Below, piece after piece: positions 19,580-31,208 of a stretch of DNA of 64,000 bases. The stretch covers positions 134,440 through 198,439 of the forward strand of contig CAVZME010000009.1 of the NCBI GenBank assembly GCA_963776385.1, given 5' to 3'. The notes below the pieces were generated by a model. That model worked only from the letters and a program-made list of their open reading frames with translations, did not search any database and had not been told where the DNA came from. The DNA comes from an uncultured Chloroflexia bacterium. GTDB taxonomy: Bacteria > Chloroflexota > Limnocylindria > Limnocylindrales > CSP1-4. How positions within the stretch are numbered: position 1 is the stretch's first letter; the number at the start of each line of letters is the position of its first letter. Made by a program: the position numbers and the translations under genes.

Positions 19580-20532
19580 CGGACTGCCTCCGCACCCGGA
19601 GCCGCGATCGCGGACTCCGGCGCCGGGGGCTCGGCGAGGTCGTCCATGCCTGCGTACAGCCGGAGGAAGACGTCCTCGATCTCGAGCGAACTGATGGTGA
19701 TGTCGCGCACGTCGATCGTCGCGAGGCGCTGGAGGAGCTCGTTCATGTCTCCCTGGATCATCAGGTGGACGTCGCGCGCCGATGCCGAAACGACCTGGAC
19801 GTTCGGGAGGTCGAACAGGCCCGATGGTGCCGCCTCGGCGAGTTCGAGGCTGACCGATCGCCAGTGAGATGACGCCAGACCGGTGACCGTCGTCACTTCC
19901 ACGAGGCGTCCCTCGCGGATGATCCCGACGCGGTCGCAGGCGCGCTCGACCTCGGGCAGGTTGTGCGACGACAGGAAGACCGTCCGGCCCGCCGCGCGGA
20001 CTTCGGCCACCATCGCGAGGAATTCACGCTGCATCAGAGGGTCGAGGCCACTGGTCGGCTCGTCGAGGACCAGCAGCGGCTCCTCGCCCATGAACGCCCC
20101 GATCACGCCCACCTTCTGGCGATTGCCGCGCGACAGCTTGCGGATCTGGACGGTCGGATCGAGCTCGAGCCGCTCGGCGACAGGTCGCCATGCGCGTCGG
20201 GGCCAGCCCCCGAAGGCGGGCCAGGTACGACAGTTGATCCCCCGCCGTCATGCCGCCGAGATAGGCCGGGTCCGAGCTCGCATACGCGACGTCATGGTGC
20301 GCCCGTGGGGCATCGTGCCAGCAGTCGTGCCCGAGGATCGTGGCCCGCCCCCTGTCGGCCGGAGGAAGCCGAGCAGGACGCGGATGGTCGTCGTCTTGCC
20401 GGCGCCGTTGGGCCCGAGGAATCCGAAGACCTCGCCGTCCTCGACGGTGAAGTCGAGCCCGACGACGCCGCGGCGGTTTCCGTACCTCCGCGTGAGATCA
20501 GCGACCTCGATGACGTGGCTCATCGATCCCAT
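19576..20532 (-). CDS. ABC transporter ATP-binding protein (at least two frame changes as sequenced)
   Basis: Walker [11 protein letters not shown] lies in ORF 20248..20532. [16 protein letters not shown] lies in ORF 20024..20251. Walker B and D-loop [12 protein letters not shown] plus the H-loop SSHNL lie in ORF 19576..20112. Confidence 0.85.
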
Positions 20533-20536
20533 CCCT

Positions 20537-21448
20537 CTAGGCTGTGACCTGGACCCCGACCTTCACGCGGAAGCCCGTCGGTGCCGGTCCGATGCTCCCG
20601 TAGACCCGCGAGGCCAGGATCGCGGAGACGACAGAGATCGCAGCGAAGATGACGATCGGCGGAAGCTGCGAGACGCCGGTCGCCGACCATTCGACGATGA
20701 GCATCGACGGCGATCCCGGCCCCCATCGCCATGCCCTTCACGACCACGATCGCCGACAGGACATAGCCCGCGACGTGGCCGCGCTGGACCGCGACCGCGG
20801 TGAACAGCCCGAGCGGCACGAGCAGGCCAAGGTCGAAGGCCTGGACGACGAGCGTGGTCCCGCCGTTCAACTGCGGGACGGAGGTCGCATCGAACGTCGT
20901 GACGATCAGCGGCAGCCACATCCCGCCGAGCAGGACGGCCATGAAGATCCCGAACCCGATCATCGGCCGGCGCGGGAAGCCGACGGTGATCCGCGCGCGG
21001 AGCTCGTCCGCGTCGAGCCCGGCGAGGAGCAGCGCGATGCCGGTCAGGCTCAGCGGCCCCGATCGCGACATAGACCGCGAACAACGGGCCATACGCCAGC
21101 GCCATCGCGTACTCGAAGTACTGGTAGACGAAGTAGGCGAGGATCCCGGTCGCGAAGAGTCGTCCGCGGAGGGACCCGCGGCGAAGGTAGGGCAACGTGA
21201 GCAGGAGCGCGGGCACGACCAGGAACAGCGTGACTGCGTCCCAACCGATGCCCTCGGCGGCGATGGACTTGCCGTTGAACCGATAGACGCCGCCGGCCAG
21301 GACGTCCACGAGATCGCCACGGACCGTGGTGAACGGCTGGGTCGTCAGGTCGCCCCGAAGCACGACACCGGCCGCAGAGGCGATCGCTGCGAGCGTCGCG
21401 GCCAGAGCCGACGACGACGATGACAGAGCGCGAGACGATGCGTTCCAT
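20537..21448 (-). CDS. Hypothetical polytopic membrane protein (at least three frame changes as sequenced)
   Basis: Hydrophobic segments continue across ORFs 20563..21363 and 20520..21320 and a third frame (..[45 protein letters not shown]). It is the first gene of the ABC operon, 5 nt upstream of the ATPase start. Confidence 0.55.
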
Positions 21449-21453
21449 GGCGT

Positions 21454-21909
21454 TCAGTGCGCCGGATGCGCCGGCTGCGCCGGGTGGGCCATCGATGGCC
21501 GGTGGCCGAGCATCGTCCAGAGGTGATAGCCAAGGGCCATCCCGGTCCCGCCGATCACGATGTAGACGATCTGGAGCCAGGACTGGGGGTTGCCGGCGCC
21601 GTACTCGAGGATGGCGAGCCCGACGATCGAGATCTCCACGACCTCGAAGATGACCATGAACGCGCCCGCCACGATCGAGGCCGCGCCGCCGAGGCGCGGT
21701 TCGAGGATGAGCAGGGCCAGCGCCACGATCGCCGATCCGCCGCAGAGCACGCCGAGAGCGAGCGCGGGGATCGTGTAGTCGTCGAGCGGGCCGGCCTTGA
21801 GCCAGTCGAGCGGCAGCGACGGGACGACGACGATCGCCCCGAAGATCGCGGAGACGGCGACGAAGGCCTGGATCACGAGAAGCGTCGCGCGCGTGGAAGT
21901 CGAACCCAT
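21454..21909 (-). CDS. Hypothetical membrane protein (four TM helices)
   Basis: 151 aa, intact. The helices are LLVIQAFVAVSAIFGAIVVV, ALALGVLCGGSAIVALALLIL, ASIVAGAFMVIFEVVEISIVGLAIL and IVYIVIGGTGMALGYHLW. Confidence 0.65.
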   Translation of the reverse strand: MGSTSTRATLLVIQAFVAVSAIFGAIVVVPSLPLDWLKAGPLDDYTIPALALGVLCGGSAIVALALLILEPRLGGAASIVAGAFMVIFEVVEISIVGLAILEYGAGNPQSWLQIVYIVIGGTGMALGYHLWTMLGHRPSMAHPAQPAHPAH

Positions 21910-22095
21910 CAGGACATCTCCTCTTGCAGGTCTCCTGACGGTGCAGCGAATCGGTCATCGACCGCCAGAGTCCGACGGGCCGTGGTGACGGGCGATTCGG
22001 CCCGGCGATCCAGTCACGCGCGGACGACGGCGGGACCTTGGTGTTCGCGGACGCGGACGTTCGTGTGGTGACCCGGCGCCGAGCAGCGACCTACC

Positions 22096-23142
22096 GTGGT
22101 CGAGGCCATGGCACCCAGGGAGCGATCCAGGCCGTCCAGCGCTGCCCTCGTTCGCCGGTTCGTGCTCGCGGGGCTGATCTCGGCTGTCTCGATGACGGCA
22201 GCATTCCCGGGCATCGCGGCCGCAGCCGATCCACCTGCATCGCCCGATCCATCAGTCGAGTCCCTGGCGGACGTGACGCCCGCGCCGCAGCCGACGCCCA
22301 CGCCGGACCCGACGCCATCGCCGCAGCCGACCCCTGCACCGGATCCGGCAACGCCCGCGCCGGATCCGGCAACACCCGCGCCGGCCTCGAGTCCTGACCC
22401 GACACCGACACCTGCCCCAGCGGCACCGCCCGTCGCTCCGCCGACGATGAACCTCTTCGCCGCGACGGGGTTCCATTTCCAGGACCCGAACTACGTGGCA
22501 TGTACCGCGACTTCGGCCCGGTCCATGCTCAACTTCGTCGCGATCCGTGGGACGGGCGGCAATGGCTTCGCCTGGCGCCGGACGAATGCCGGGGCGGTCC
22601 GCGACGCGATCCTTGCCTGGGAACGACGCCACGACACGCTGCCGGGAGGTCGCGGTTCGGATCCGCACGGCTGGCGGAACGCGCTCAACTACTACGGCTG
22701 GGGGCCGGCGGCGATGATGGCCGGTGCTCGCGTCTACGACGACCGCACCTTCAGCTCGTTCGATGGTGCGATGCGGGCTGCGGTCCGCGCCCTCGTGCTG
22801 ACACGCAAACCGGTCGGGGTGGTCGGCTGGCGCGGGGCACACGCCCAGATGATCACGGGCTACTACGGCCTCGTCGGCGACCCGTTCGCGCGTGACGCGG
22901 CGGGCAACTACACGAACGCGTTCTCCGTCGCGGGGTTCTACCTGACCGATCCCCTGCGCAGGTCGAACGCGGTCAACCGGCGCATCTCGTACACGTCGCT
23001 CCGGACCACGACGAACTACCGCCTCCGGTTCCAGCGCTACTACGAGACCGACAGTCGGCTCGACGACATCTACACGCCCGGCTTCCGGGTCTCGACGTCG
23101 GAGTGGTACAAGCGATTCGTGCTGGTGCTGCCCATCCGCTAG
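22096..23142 (+). CDS. Secreted protein with a Pro/Thr-rich linker and a C-terminal papain-like (peptidase C39-like) domain
   Basis: The signal sequence is FVLAGLISAVSMTAAFPGIAAA. A PT linker of about 70 aa follows. The C-terminal domain has candidate Cys (YVACTATSARSMLNF) and His (WRGAHAQMITGYYG) residues arranged as in C39-like or BtrH-like peptidases. Confidence 0.65.
   Translation: MVEAMAPRERSRPSSAALVRRFVLAGLISAVSMTAAFPGIAAAADPPASPDPSVESLADVTPAPQPTPTPDPTPSPQPTPAPDPATPAPDPATPAPASSPDPTPTPAPAAPPVAPPTMNLFAATGFHFQDPNYVACTATSARSMLNFVAIRGTGGNGFAWRRTNAGAVRDAILAWERRHDTLPGGRGSDPHGWRNALNYYGWGPAAMMAGARVYDDRTFSSFDGAMRAAVRALVLTRKPVGVVGWRGAHAQMITGYYGLVGDPFARDAAGNYTNAFSVAGFYLTDPLRRSNAVNRRISYTSLRTTTNYRLRFQRYYETDSRLDDIYTPGFRVSTSEWYKRFVLVLPIR
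22337..22378 (+). repeat. Tandem 21-nt duplication inside the PT linker (encodes APDPATP twice)
   Basis: caccggatccggcaacgcccg / cgccggatccggcaacacccg, two mismatches. Confidence 0.6.
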
Positions 23143-23148
23143 CGTTGG

Positions 23149-24250
23149 GTGATGCTCGGACCGCGTGCCCTGAACCGGGCCTTGCTCGCGCGCCAGTGGC
23201 TCCTCGCACGTCAGTCGCCAGGAGCGATCGAGGCCACCGAGCACCTCGTCGGACTGCAGGCCCAGGCTCCACTGTCACCGTATGTCGGGCTGTGGTCGCG
23301 ACTCGAGGCCTTCGATCCGGACGATCTCGCCGGCGCCATCGAGGACCGGCGCGCCGTGCGGACGTCGCTCATGCGCTCGACGCTCCACCTCGTGACCGCC
23401 CGTGACGCGCTCACGCTCCGATCCTGGACCCAGCCGGCCCTGACCCGCGGCTTCAAGTCGAGCCCGTTCGCTCGGCGGCTCGGCGGGATCGACGTGCAGG
23501 AGGTGGCCGCGTTCGGGCGCGCGATCCTGCAGGACGCCGCACTGAGTCGAGGCGCGCTCGGCCGGCGGCTGGCCGAGCGCTGGCCGGATGGCGACCAGGA
23601 AGCGATGGCCTACGCGGTCAGCTCGCACGTCCCGCTCGTCCAGGTGCCGCCACGCGGCATGTGGGGTCACGCAGGAGCCGTCGCCTGGACGTCGATGGAA
23701 CGCTGGCTCGGACAGGACGTTGACGATGAGCCGGACCCTGCCCGGATCGTGACCCGCTATCTCGGCGCGTTCGGTCCGGCGACGGTGCAGGACATGCGGG
23801 CGTGGTCGGGCCTGACCGGACTTGGGCCCGTGGTCGAGCGCCTTCGACCGGAGCTCGCCACGTTCCGCGACGACCGCGGACGTGAATTGTTCGACCTGCC
23901 GGACGCCCCTCGCCCCGATCCCGACGTCCCGGCCCCGCCCCGCTTCCTGCCCGAATACGACAACGTCCTCCTCGGCCACGGGGATCGGTCGCGGATCATC
24001 CCTGCCGGCCGATCGATCCCGCTGCCGCCGGGCAACGGCGCATCGATGGGCACCTTCCTGCTCGACGGCCTGTACGCCGGGCTGTGGCGGATCACCAGGT
24101 CGGCGGCGGGCGCGACGCTGACGATCGACCCGTTCGTTCCGATGTCAGCTGGCGGATCGGGCGGATCTCGAGGACGAGGGCGCACGACTGCTCGGGTTCG
24201 CCGCGAGTGGACTCGTCGGCGATGTCGTCGTCCGAGCGCCGACCTCGTAG
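23149..24250 (+). CDS. Winged-helix DNA-binding protein of the AlkZ/YcaQ (DUF1006) family (one frame change near 24135)
   Basis: LNRALLARQWLLARQ...ATEHLVGLQAQ...RAVRTSLMRSTLHLV...VTRYLGAFGPATVQDMRAWSGL...FLPEYDNVLLGH is the family pattern. The C-terminal RCQLADRADLEDEGARLLGFAASGLVGDVVVRAPTS* is in the +1 frame. The 938-aa ORF 23149..25965 is read-through. Confidence 0.75.
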
Positions 24251-24260
24251 ACTGCCCGCC

Positions 24261-26655
24261 ATGTCCACCGCGACCCCCAGTCAGCACGCCGGGCGCGAAC
24301 CGGCGACCGTCCGGATCGCGATGTGGAGCGCCCGGCATCGCTGGCCGGTCGTGGCCCTCTGGTTCGTCGCGACGATCGGCCTCCTCGTCGATCAGCCTGT
24401 CGCATGGGCGGCATCAACGCCTCGGACGCGAACGAGAACCCGAACGAGCAGCAGATCGAGGCGAGCAAGGCCTACGACGTCTTCAACGCGGGCGGGACGA
24501 ACGACCCGTTCGAGCAGGTCCTCGTCGTCGTCGGTGGGGCGCCCGGCGCGACGTCGGATCCGGCCTTCAAGGCGACCGTCGGCGGACCTCGTCGGCGAAG
24601 CTGCAGGCGTCGGGCGCGCCGCTCGACGGCGTCCAGACGCCGACCTTCAGCCAGCTGGCCGATCCGCTCGCGGCGCCGCCGGCCGCCGGCCTCGTCTCGC
24701 CGGACGGATCGACCGTCCGGATCGTCGGCCGCATCGAGGGCGACGACACGCGGGTCGACGCCGCTCGATCGCGCCGGTCCTGCCGATCCTCGCCGAGGCC
24801 CGGGCGGCGCACCCGGACCTCAGCGATCCACGCCATCAGCAGCACGTTCATCAACGACGACATCAACGCGCTCATCAGCGACGGCCTCGACTCGTCGCTG
24901 TCGCTGACGATCCCGCTGACGTTCATCATCCTGCTGTTCGCGTTCGGGGCGATCGTGGCGTCGGTCGTGCCGCTGGTGCTGGCGATCACCTCGCTCGTCG
25001 CCGCGTTCGGGATCCTGGGCATCTACAGCCAGGTCGTCGGGCCGGTCAGCCCGAACGCGACGCAGCTGATCGTGCTCATCGGGCTCGCCGTCGCGGTCGA
25101 CTACTCGCTGTTCATGATCACCCGGTTCCGGGTCGAACGGCGGGCCGGCCGCGACCGGGCGAAGGCGATCGAGGTCTCGAGCAGCACGGCCGGTCGAGCC
25201 GTCTTCTTCTCCGGGCTGGCGGTGATGATCTCGCTGGCCGGGCTCATCACCCTCGGCGTCTCGCTGTTCACGTCGATGGCGATCGGGACGATCTCGGTCG
25301 TCTTCGTGTCGGTCATCGGCAGCCTGACGTTCCTGCCGGCGACGCTGTCGATCCTCGGCGACCGGGTCAACCTCGGCCGGCCCGCCGCGTGGCTGCCGCG
25401 GCTGGCCGTCGCGCTGCCGCTCGGTCCGGTCAGCCGCTGGGGCCGGTCGGCACTCGGCTGGCTGGACCGGCGGGCCGCGAAGCAGGAGGGCAGCGGCTTC
25501 TGGGGCCGGCTCGTGACGCGGGTCATGGCCCGGCCCGGTCCTGATGACCGTCCTGTCGGTCGCGGTCCTTCTGCTCCTCGCCTCGCCGGTCCTCTTCCTG
25601 CGCACGGGCATCACCGACATCACCGCCTTCCCCGATTCGATCGACGGCGTGGCCGGCATCAAGCTGCTCAACGAGAAGTGGCCGCAGGGCACCGAGCTCC
25701 AGCTCCAGGTCGTCGTCACCGAGGCGGACCGCGCCGACACCCAGGCCGCCATCGAGCGGCTCAAGACGGATGGCCTCGACGGTCGACGGGCTGCAGCGAG
25801 CCGGTCGAGGTCACGCCGTCACACGACGGCAAGGTCGCGCTCGTCTCGTTCACGATGGGCGGCAACCAGAACGACGACGCCAACCGGGCCCTCGTCCGCC
25901 AGGTCCGGACGCGAGCTGGACCCGGCGGTCTTCGGCGCCCTGCCCGACGTCAGGACGCTACGTGACCGGCGACGCGGCGTTCACGGTCGACGTGACCAAG
26001 GTCTACGCCGACGGGATCGCCGCTCGATCTTCGTGCTTCGTGCTCGGCCTGTCATTCCTGCTGATGCTCGTGGCCTTCCATTCGATCGTCATCCCGATCA
26101 AGGCCATCCTGCTCAACCTGCTGTCGATGGCCGCCGCCTACGGCGTCCTCGTCCTCGTGTTCGAGCGCGGCTGGTTCGCCGGGCCGCTCGGGATCACGCC
26201 CGAGCGGGGTCATCGAGAGCTGGGTGCCGCTGTTCATCTTCACGATCCTGTTCGGCCTGTCGATGGACTACCACCTGTTCATCCTCACCCGGATCAAGGA
26301 GGCGCGCGATCGCGGCCTCGACTCGCGGGCGGCGGTCGCCAAGGGCATCTCGGTCACGGCCGGGGTCATCACCAGCGCGGCGTCGATCATGGTCGTCGTG
26401 TTCGCGGTCTTCGTGACCCTGAAGTTCGTGTTCATCCAGCAGCTCGGGCTCGGGCTGGCGGTCGCGGTGTTCATCGACGCGACGATCATCCGGAGCGTCC
26501 TGCTGCCGGCATCGATGACCCTGCTCGGCGACTGGAACTGGTGGATGCCGCGCTTCCTCGACTGGATCCCGCGGGTGACCATCGAAGGCGACCCGGACGA
26601 GCCGGTGGCGACGGCCGATGACGCCGAGCAGGCCGAGGTCGGCGCGACGGCGTGA
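24261..26655 (+). CDS. MMPL/RND-superfamily membrane transporter (at least eight frame changes as sequenced)
   Basis: The continuous MMPL-like sequence is traceable through frames 24084, 24323, 23149, 25544, 25770 and 26224. Examples are INDDINALISDGLDSSLSLTIPLTFIILLFAFGAIVASVVPLVLAITSLVAAFG, GLAVAVDYSLFMITRFRVER, LGLSFLLMLVAFHSIVIPIKAILLNLLSMAAAYG and FGLSMDYHLFILTRIKEAR. Confidence 0.85.
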
Positions 26656-27843
26656 TCCTGCGTCTGAAGGCGCTCGGTGAGGTCTTCGGAGCGGCACTCC
26701 GACTCGGCCTGACGTCCTTCGGCGGGCCGATCGCCCATATCGGCTACTTCCGTCGCGAGTACGTCAGCCGGCGCGGCTGGCTCGACGAGGTCGCGTTCGC
26801 CGACCTCGTCACGCTCTGCCAGCTGCTTCCCGGTCCGGCCAGCAGCCAGCTGGGCATCGCGATCGGTACGCGCCGGGCCGGGATGGCCGGTGGCGTGGCG
26901 GCATGGCTCGGGTTCACGCTGCCATCGGCCGTCGCCCTGATCGCGCTTGGCCTCGTCGCCGCCTCGGCAGACATCGCCGGCGCGGGCTGGGTCCATGGTC
27001 TGCAATTGGCGGCCGTGGCCGTCGTGGCCCAGGCGGTCTGGATCATGGCCGGGAGCCTGGCCCCCGATTGGCCGCGGCGGGCGGTCGCCCTGGCGGCGGC
27101 CGGGGTCGCGCTGGCCTGGACGACGCCGTTCGCGCAGGTCGCGATCATCGGCGCAGGGGCCGCGATCGGCCGGTGGCTGCTGGCTCCCGGGCCGCTGCCA
27201 GCGAGCCGGGACGAGCCCAGCCCGATCTCGCGGCGGGTCGGCATCGTCGCGCTCTGCCTTTTCGTGGCATTGCTCCTCATCCTGCCCTTGCTTCGCCCCA
27301 TCGGTGGCCAGCCGGTCGCGATGGCCGATGCGTTCTATCGATCGGGTGCGCTCGTGTTCGGTGGCGGCCACGTCGTCCTGCCACTCCTCCACAGCACCGT
27401 GGTCGATCCCGGCTGGGTCTCGAACGACCAGTTCCTCGCCGGCTACGGTGCCGCGCAGGCCGTCCCGGGGCCGCTGTTCACGTTCGCCGCCTTTCTCGGG
27501 ACGGTCTCCGGCCCGAGCCCGAATGGCGATCCCGGGTGCGGCCATCGCGACCATCGCGATCTTCCTGCCATCGTTCCTGCTGGTCTTCGGGGCGCTGCCG
27601 TTCTGGGACTGGTTGCGCCGCTCGGTCGGTGTGCGGCGAGCCCTGACCGGGACGAATGCCGCGGTGGTGGGCATCCTGCTCGCCGCGCTCGTGACGCCGG
27701 TCTGGACGAGCGCGGTCCAGGCACCGGTGGACGTCGTCGTCGCGGCCGGTGCCCTGGTGCTCCTGCTGACCGGGCGGGTGCCGCCGGTCGTCGTCGTCGG
27801 CGTGTGCGCGCTCGCGGGGCAGGCGCTGGCCGCGTTCGGCTAG
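26652..27843 (+). CDS. chrA: Chromate transporter ChrA (one frame change near 27525)
   Basis: The two CHR halves are LGLTSFGGPIAHIGYFRREYV..LCQLLPGPASSQ and ALVFGGGHVVLPLL..GYGAAQAVPGPLFTFAAFLG. The tail PGAAIATIAIFLPSFLLVFGALPFW..ALAGQALAAFG* lies in the frame of ORF 26947..27843. An extra G in cccgggtgc explains the shift. Confidence 0.85.
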
Positions 27844-27850
27844 CGGGCGG

Positions 27851-29088
27851 TCACTCGATCTTGCCCGCCGTGAAGTCGGTCATCAGCTCGCGATAGCCGG
27901 TCAGGCCGCGTTCATAGCCGATGGCCCAGAAGCCGGCACCGGCCAGGCCGCGCTCGTCCGCGAGGGCCAGCTTGGGTCGGAGGGTGTCGGGCGAGTCGAC
28001 GTAGATGGCCTGCCAGCCGGCGGTCGCGCGGGAATCGCCCGGCACCGGGCTGACGGTCGGGGCGACGGCGTAGAAATCGACGATCTCGATCGGGTCGACC
28101 TCCGGTGGCGCGGGCGGATCGGCCAGGAACTTCGGGTTGTCGGCCGGCACCCAGATGGCCCCGTTGCCCAGCCGGGCCGCGCCGATCTCCGGACCCGCCA
28201 CGCGCCAGCGCATGCCGTACAGCGGCAGACCGAGGATCGTCCGTTCGGGCGGCACGCCGAGCGACGCGTACAGGTCGAGCGACCACGGCAGGTCGGCCTG
28301 CTCGCCGTCGCGACGATCCATCGGCGCGGACGCCCCGGGGTCCGATCCGGCGTAGTGGTAGTCGTAGCCCATGAGGAAGATCCGGTCAGCGGCCGCGGCC
28401 GACGCGGCCGCCGCCATCGCCGCGCCGGTGAGCCCGGCGGTCGTCGCGGCCGACACCTGTCCGTCGGGCAGCTTCGCCCGGAGGGCCTCGCGCAAACGTC
28501 CCACGAACGCCCCATAGGCGGGCACGAGGGCGTCGGCGATCTGCTCGACATCCACATTGATGCCGTCCACGCCGATCTTCGCGGCGAGGGCCACAAGGCT
28601 CGCGATGGTCGCGTCCTGGACGGCCTGCGAGCTGAAGAAGCGCTCGTTGCGCGCGGTCCCGAAGCTCGTGTACGTGAGCTGGACCGCGATGCCCCGGTCG
28701 TGCGCCTCGCTGATCATCTGCTTGCCGATGGCGCCGGTGATCCGCTTGTAGCCCGTCTGGGACGTATTGATCTTGCCGGTCTTCGTGTGCGTGACCGAGA
28801 ACAGCGCCAGCGTCGTCAGCGGGGTCTTCGCCAGGTGGGCCGCGATCCCGTCGTTCATCTCCCAATACGGCACGAAACCGAACAGCTCGTGGCCAGGGAC
28901 GGGTCGGGTCGTCGGCTGCGGGGTGGCGGTGCCGTCCGGGCCGACGGCGACGCCCGCTGCTCGCGCTGGGGCCGGGACTCGCCGACGACGCTCAGCTTCC
29001 CGCCCGACCATGGCCCGATCGCGACGACCAGCGCGATCACGACGACGGCGGCGATGGCGGCCGGGCCGATCGCCTGGCGTCTCCTCAT
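27851..29088 (-). CDS. Glycoside hydrolase family 18-like protein, membrane-anchored (one frame change near 28975)
   Basis: The N-terminal anchor MRRRQAIGPAAIAAVVVIALVVAIGPW lies in ORF 28855..29088. The TIM-barrel part with VDGINVDVE (GH18 DxxDxDxE region with N at the second Asp position) and LMGYDYHY lies in ORF 27851..29011. Confidence 0.75.
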
Positions 29089-29399
29089 GCGGATAGCGTG
29101 GGTCCGGGGCGGGATCGGGTCAAGCGAGGTCCGGACAGTCGAACGCCGGGAGGCCGATCGATCTGCGACGACAGGGAGGAGTCATCGGCGCGATCCAGAG
29201 CCCCCCGGCGTTTCGACGCGGAGGAGAGAACATCGACGATGCTGACCGCCGTCCCTGTGATTTCTCTGAGAACGTCGCCGATCGTGCTGCAGCAGACGAG
29301 ATCGTCCGGACGAGGCACGTTCGTCGGGTGACCGATGGCCCGTCCAGACGGGCCGGACCACCCCTCGCCGGGCGGCCGGTCGAGCCCCACCATGCCCCC

Positions 29400-31208
29400 A
29401 TGCAGGTCGAACCGCGTCCCCTCGTCCGTCGTCAGGTCGCGCGCCTCCGCTGGCTGGGTGTCGTCCTCCCGGTCGCGTTCATCCTGTCGCTCGAGGCGTT
29501 CCGCCTCGTGTTCGTCGAGGGCAGCGGTGGCGACGCGCGCGGCCATCTCGCGCTCGCCACCGTCACCATCGTCGGGGTCGTCGGGTTCGCCTTCGTCATG
29601 TTCCGGGCCATCGAGGCGACCCAGCGCCAGCTCGTCCGCCAGAATCGCGAGCTCACCGCGGTCAACGCCGTGTCGACGGCGGTCCAGGGCGAGCTCGGCG
29701 TGGACGTCATCATCGATGCCGCGCTCGAGAGCGTCATCGAATCGACCGGGCGCCACCGAAGCGGTCATCAAGGTCTTCCCGCCCGACCCGACGTCCGATC
29801 CCGACGGCGGCTTCGAACGACACCGGACGCCGGGCCTCATGCCTCGCCGGCTGTCGAGGTCGGATCCGTCGTGCCCCACCTCATCGACATCCCGCTCTCG
29901 ACCGGGACTGCCGTGGTCGGGCGTCTCCAACTCCATCTCGCCGAGGGGACCGCCGAGCCGGACCTGCTGGCGACCGCGACGCTCAACAACATCGGCCATC
30001 AGCTCGCGTCGTCGATCCAGATCGGCCAATTCGTGGTGGATCTCAAGCGCCGCCAGCGCGAGGGTCACGGGCTGTACAGCGTCCTGCTCCAGATCTCCAA
30101 CCAGGAACCGCTGGCCGAGATCCTGTCGCGATCGTCCGTCATGCGCGCGATCTGCTCGGGGCAGATGCGGCCACGATGTGCCTGTCCGAAGCGAGCTCGC
30201 GGGCGATGCAGCTCGACAATGCCGCCGAGACCGCCCCGGAATTGACCGATGGGACGATCTGCGTCTCCGGAACGGACGACCGCTTCGTCGGCCCGCATGA
30301 GCGAGGGCCAAGCTGCCGCATCCGCGCGGCGGCCGGCGGCGGTCCGAGCGTCTCGGTGCCCATCAGAAGCCCGGACGGACCGCTGGGCGACATCTGGCTG
30401 GGTCGAGGCGGGAGCCGCGCGTTCTCGGAGCGCGACAGGCGCTTCCTCGTCACCCTGTCGGACCTCGCCTCGATCGCCATCACCAGCGCTCGGATGCGCG
30501 AGAGCGAGCGCCAGGGCGCGATCGTCACCGAGCGCGAGCGGATCGCCCGAGAGATGCATGACAGCCTGGCGCAGATCCTCGGTGTGACACACCTCCGCAT
30601 CGTCGCCCTGGGGTCGCGCTCGGAGCTCGCCGCCGCGCCGGCCGTCCTCGAGGAGCTGGCCGACCTCGCCCAACTCACCGAGGAGGCCTACCGCGACGTC
30701 CGCGAGGCCATCCTCGGCCTGCGCGAAGGAAGCCGGGTGGATCGTGGGTTCCTCGAGAGCCTGGAAGCCTATCTCGAGAAGTACAGTCACCAGTCGGGCA
30801 TCCCGACGATCCCTCGTCCGGTCCTTCGATGGCGAGCTGACCCTCCCGCCACGCTCCGAACTCCAGCTCATCCGGGTGATCGGCGAAGCGCTCACCAACG
30901 TCCGAAAGCACGGCTCCGCCAGCGCCGTGACCGTCCGGATCAGTGAAAGCCCCGACTGCGCGACGATCGAGATCGTCGATGACGGCCGCGGCTTCGACGT
31001 CGCCGAGACGCTCCTCAGTCGTGACGGGTACGGACTGCATACGATGCGCGAGCGGATGGAGCTCGTCGGCGGCACCCTGACCATCGACTCGAGTCCCGGC
31101 CACGGGACACGGGTCATCGCCCTCCTGCCCCACCATGTCCAGGCCGAGCCATCAGCCGAGGTGAACCGTGCACGAGACGACGCCCATCCGGATCCTGTTG
31201 GTCGATGA
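29400..31208 (+). CDS. Membrane sensor histidine kinase, tandem GAF domains plus HisKA_3/HATPase_c (NarL-partner type); at least four frame changes as sequenced
   Basis: Two N-terminal TM helices. GAF-like blocks are DVIIDAALESVIESTGATEAVIKVF and DLLGADAATMCLSE...VSVPIRSPDGPLGDIWLGR. The H-box is ERERIAREMHDSLAQ. The ATPase part is IGEALTNVRKHGSAS...DDGRGF...GYGLHTMRERMELVGGTLTIDSSPGHGT. The pieces are joined from ORFs 29328, 29335, 30176 and 30744. Confidence 0.8.

Noticed and set aside
23149-25965. 938-aa ORF that looks like a fusion of an AlkZ-like protein with a transporter. Similarly, the 711-aa ORF 40792..42927 spans the TPR, ccdA and resB genes.
   Set aside because: Only parts of each long ORF are in the biologically sensible frame. 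The rest is R/P-rich read-through. The real gene boundaries (TAG at 24248..24250, ATG at 24261, ATG at 41089, ATG at 41851 with RBS) are visible in neighbouring frames.
29098-29331. 77-aa plus-strand ORF and a shorter internal ORF (MLTAVPVISLRTSPIVLQQTRSSGRGTFVG) in the kinase upstream region, considered as a leader peptide.
   Set aside because: There is no RBS, the composition is not convincing, and nothing suggests conservation.
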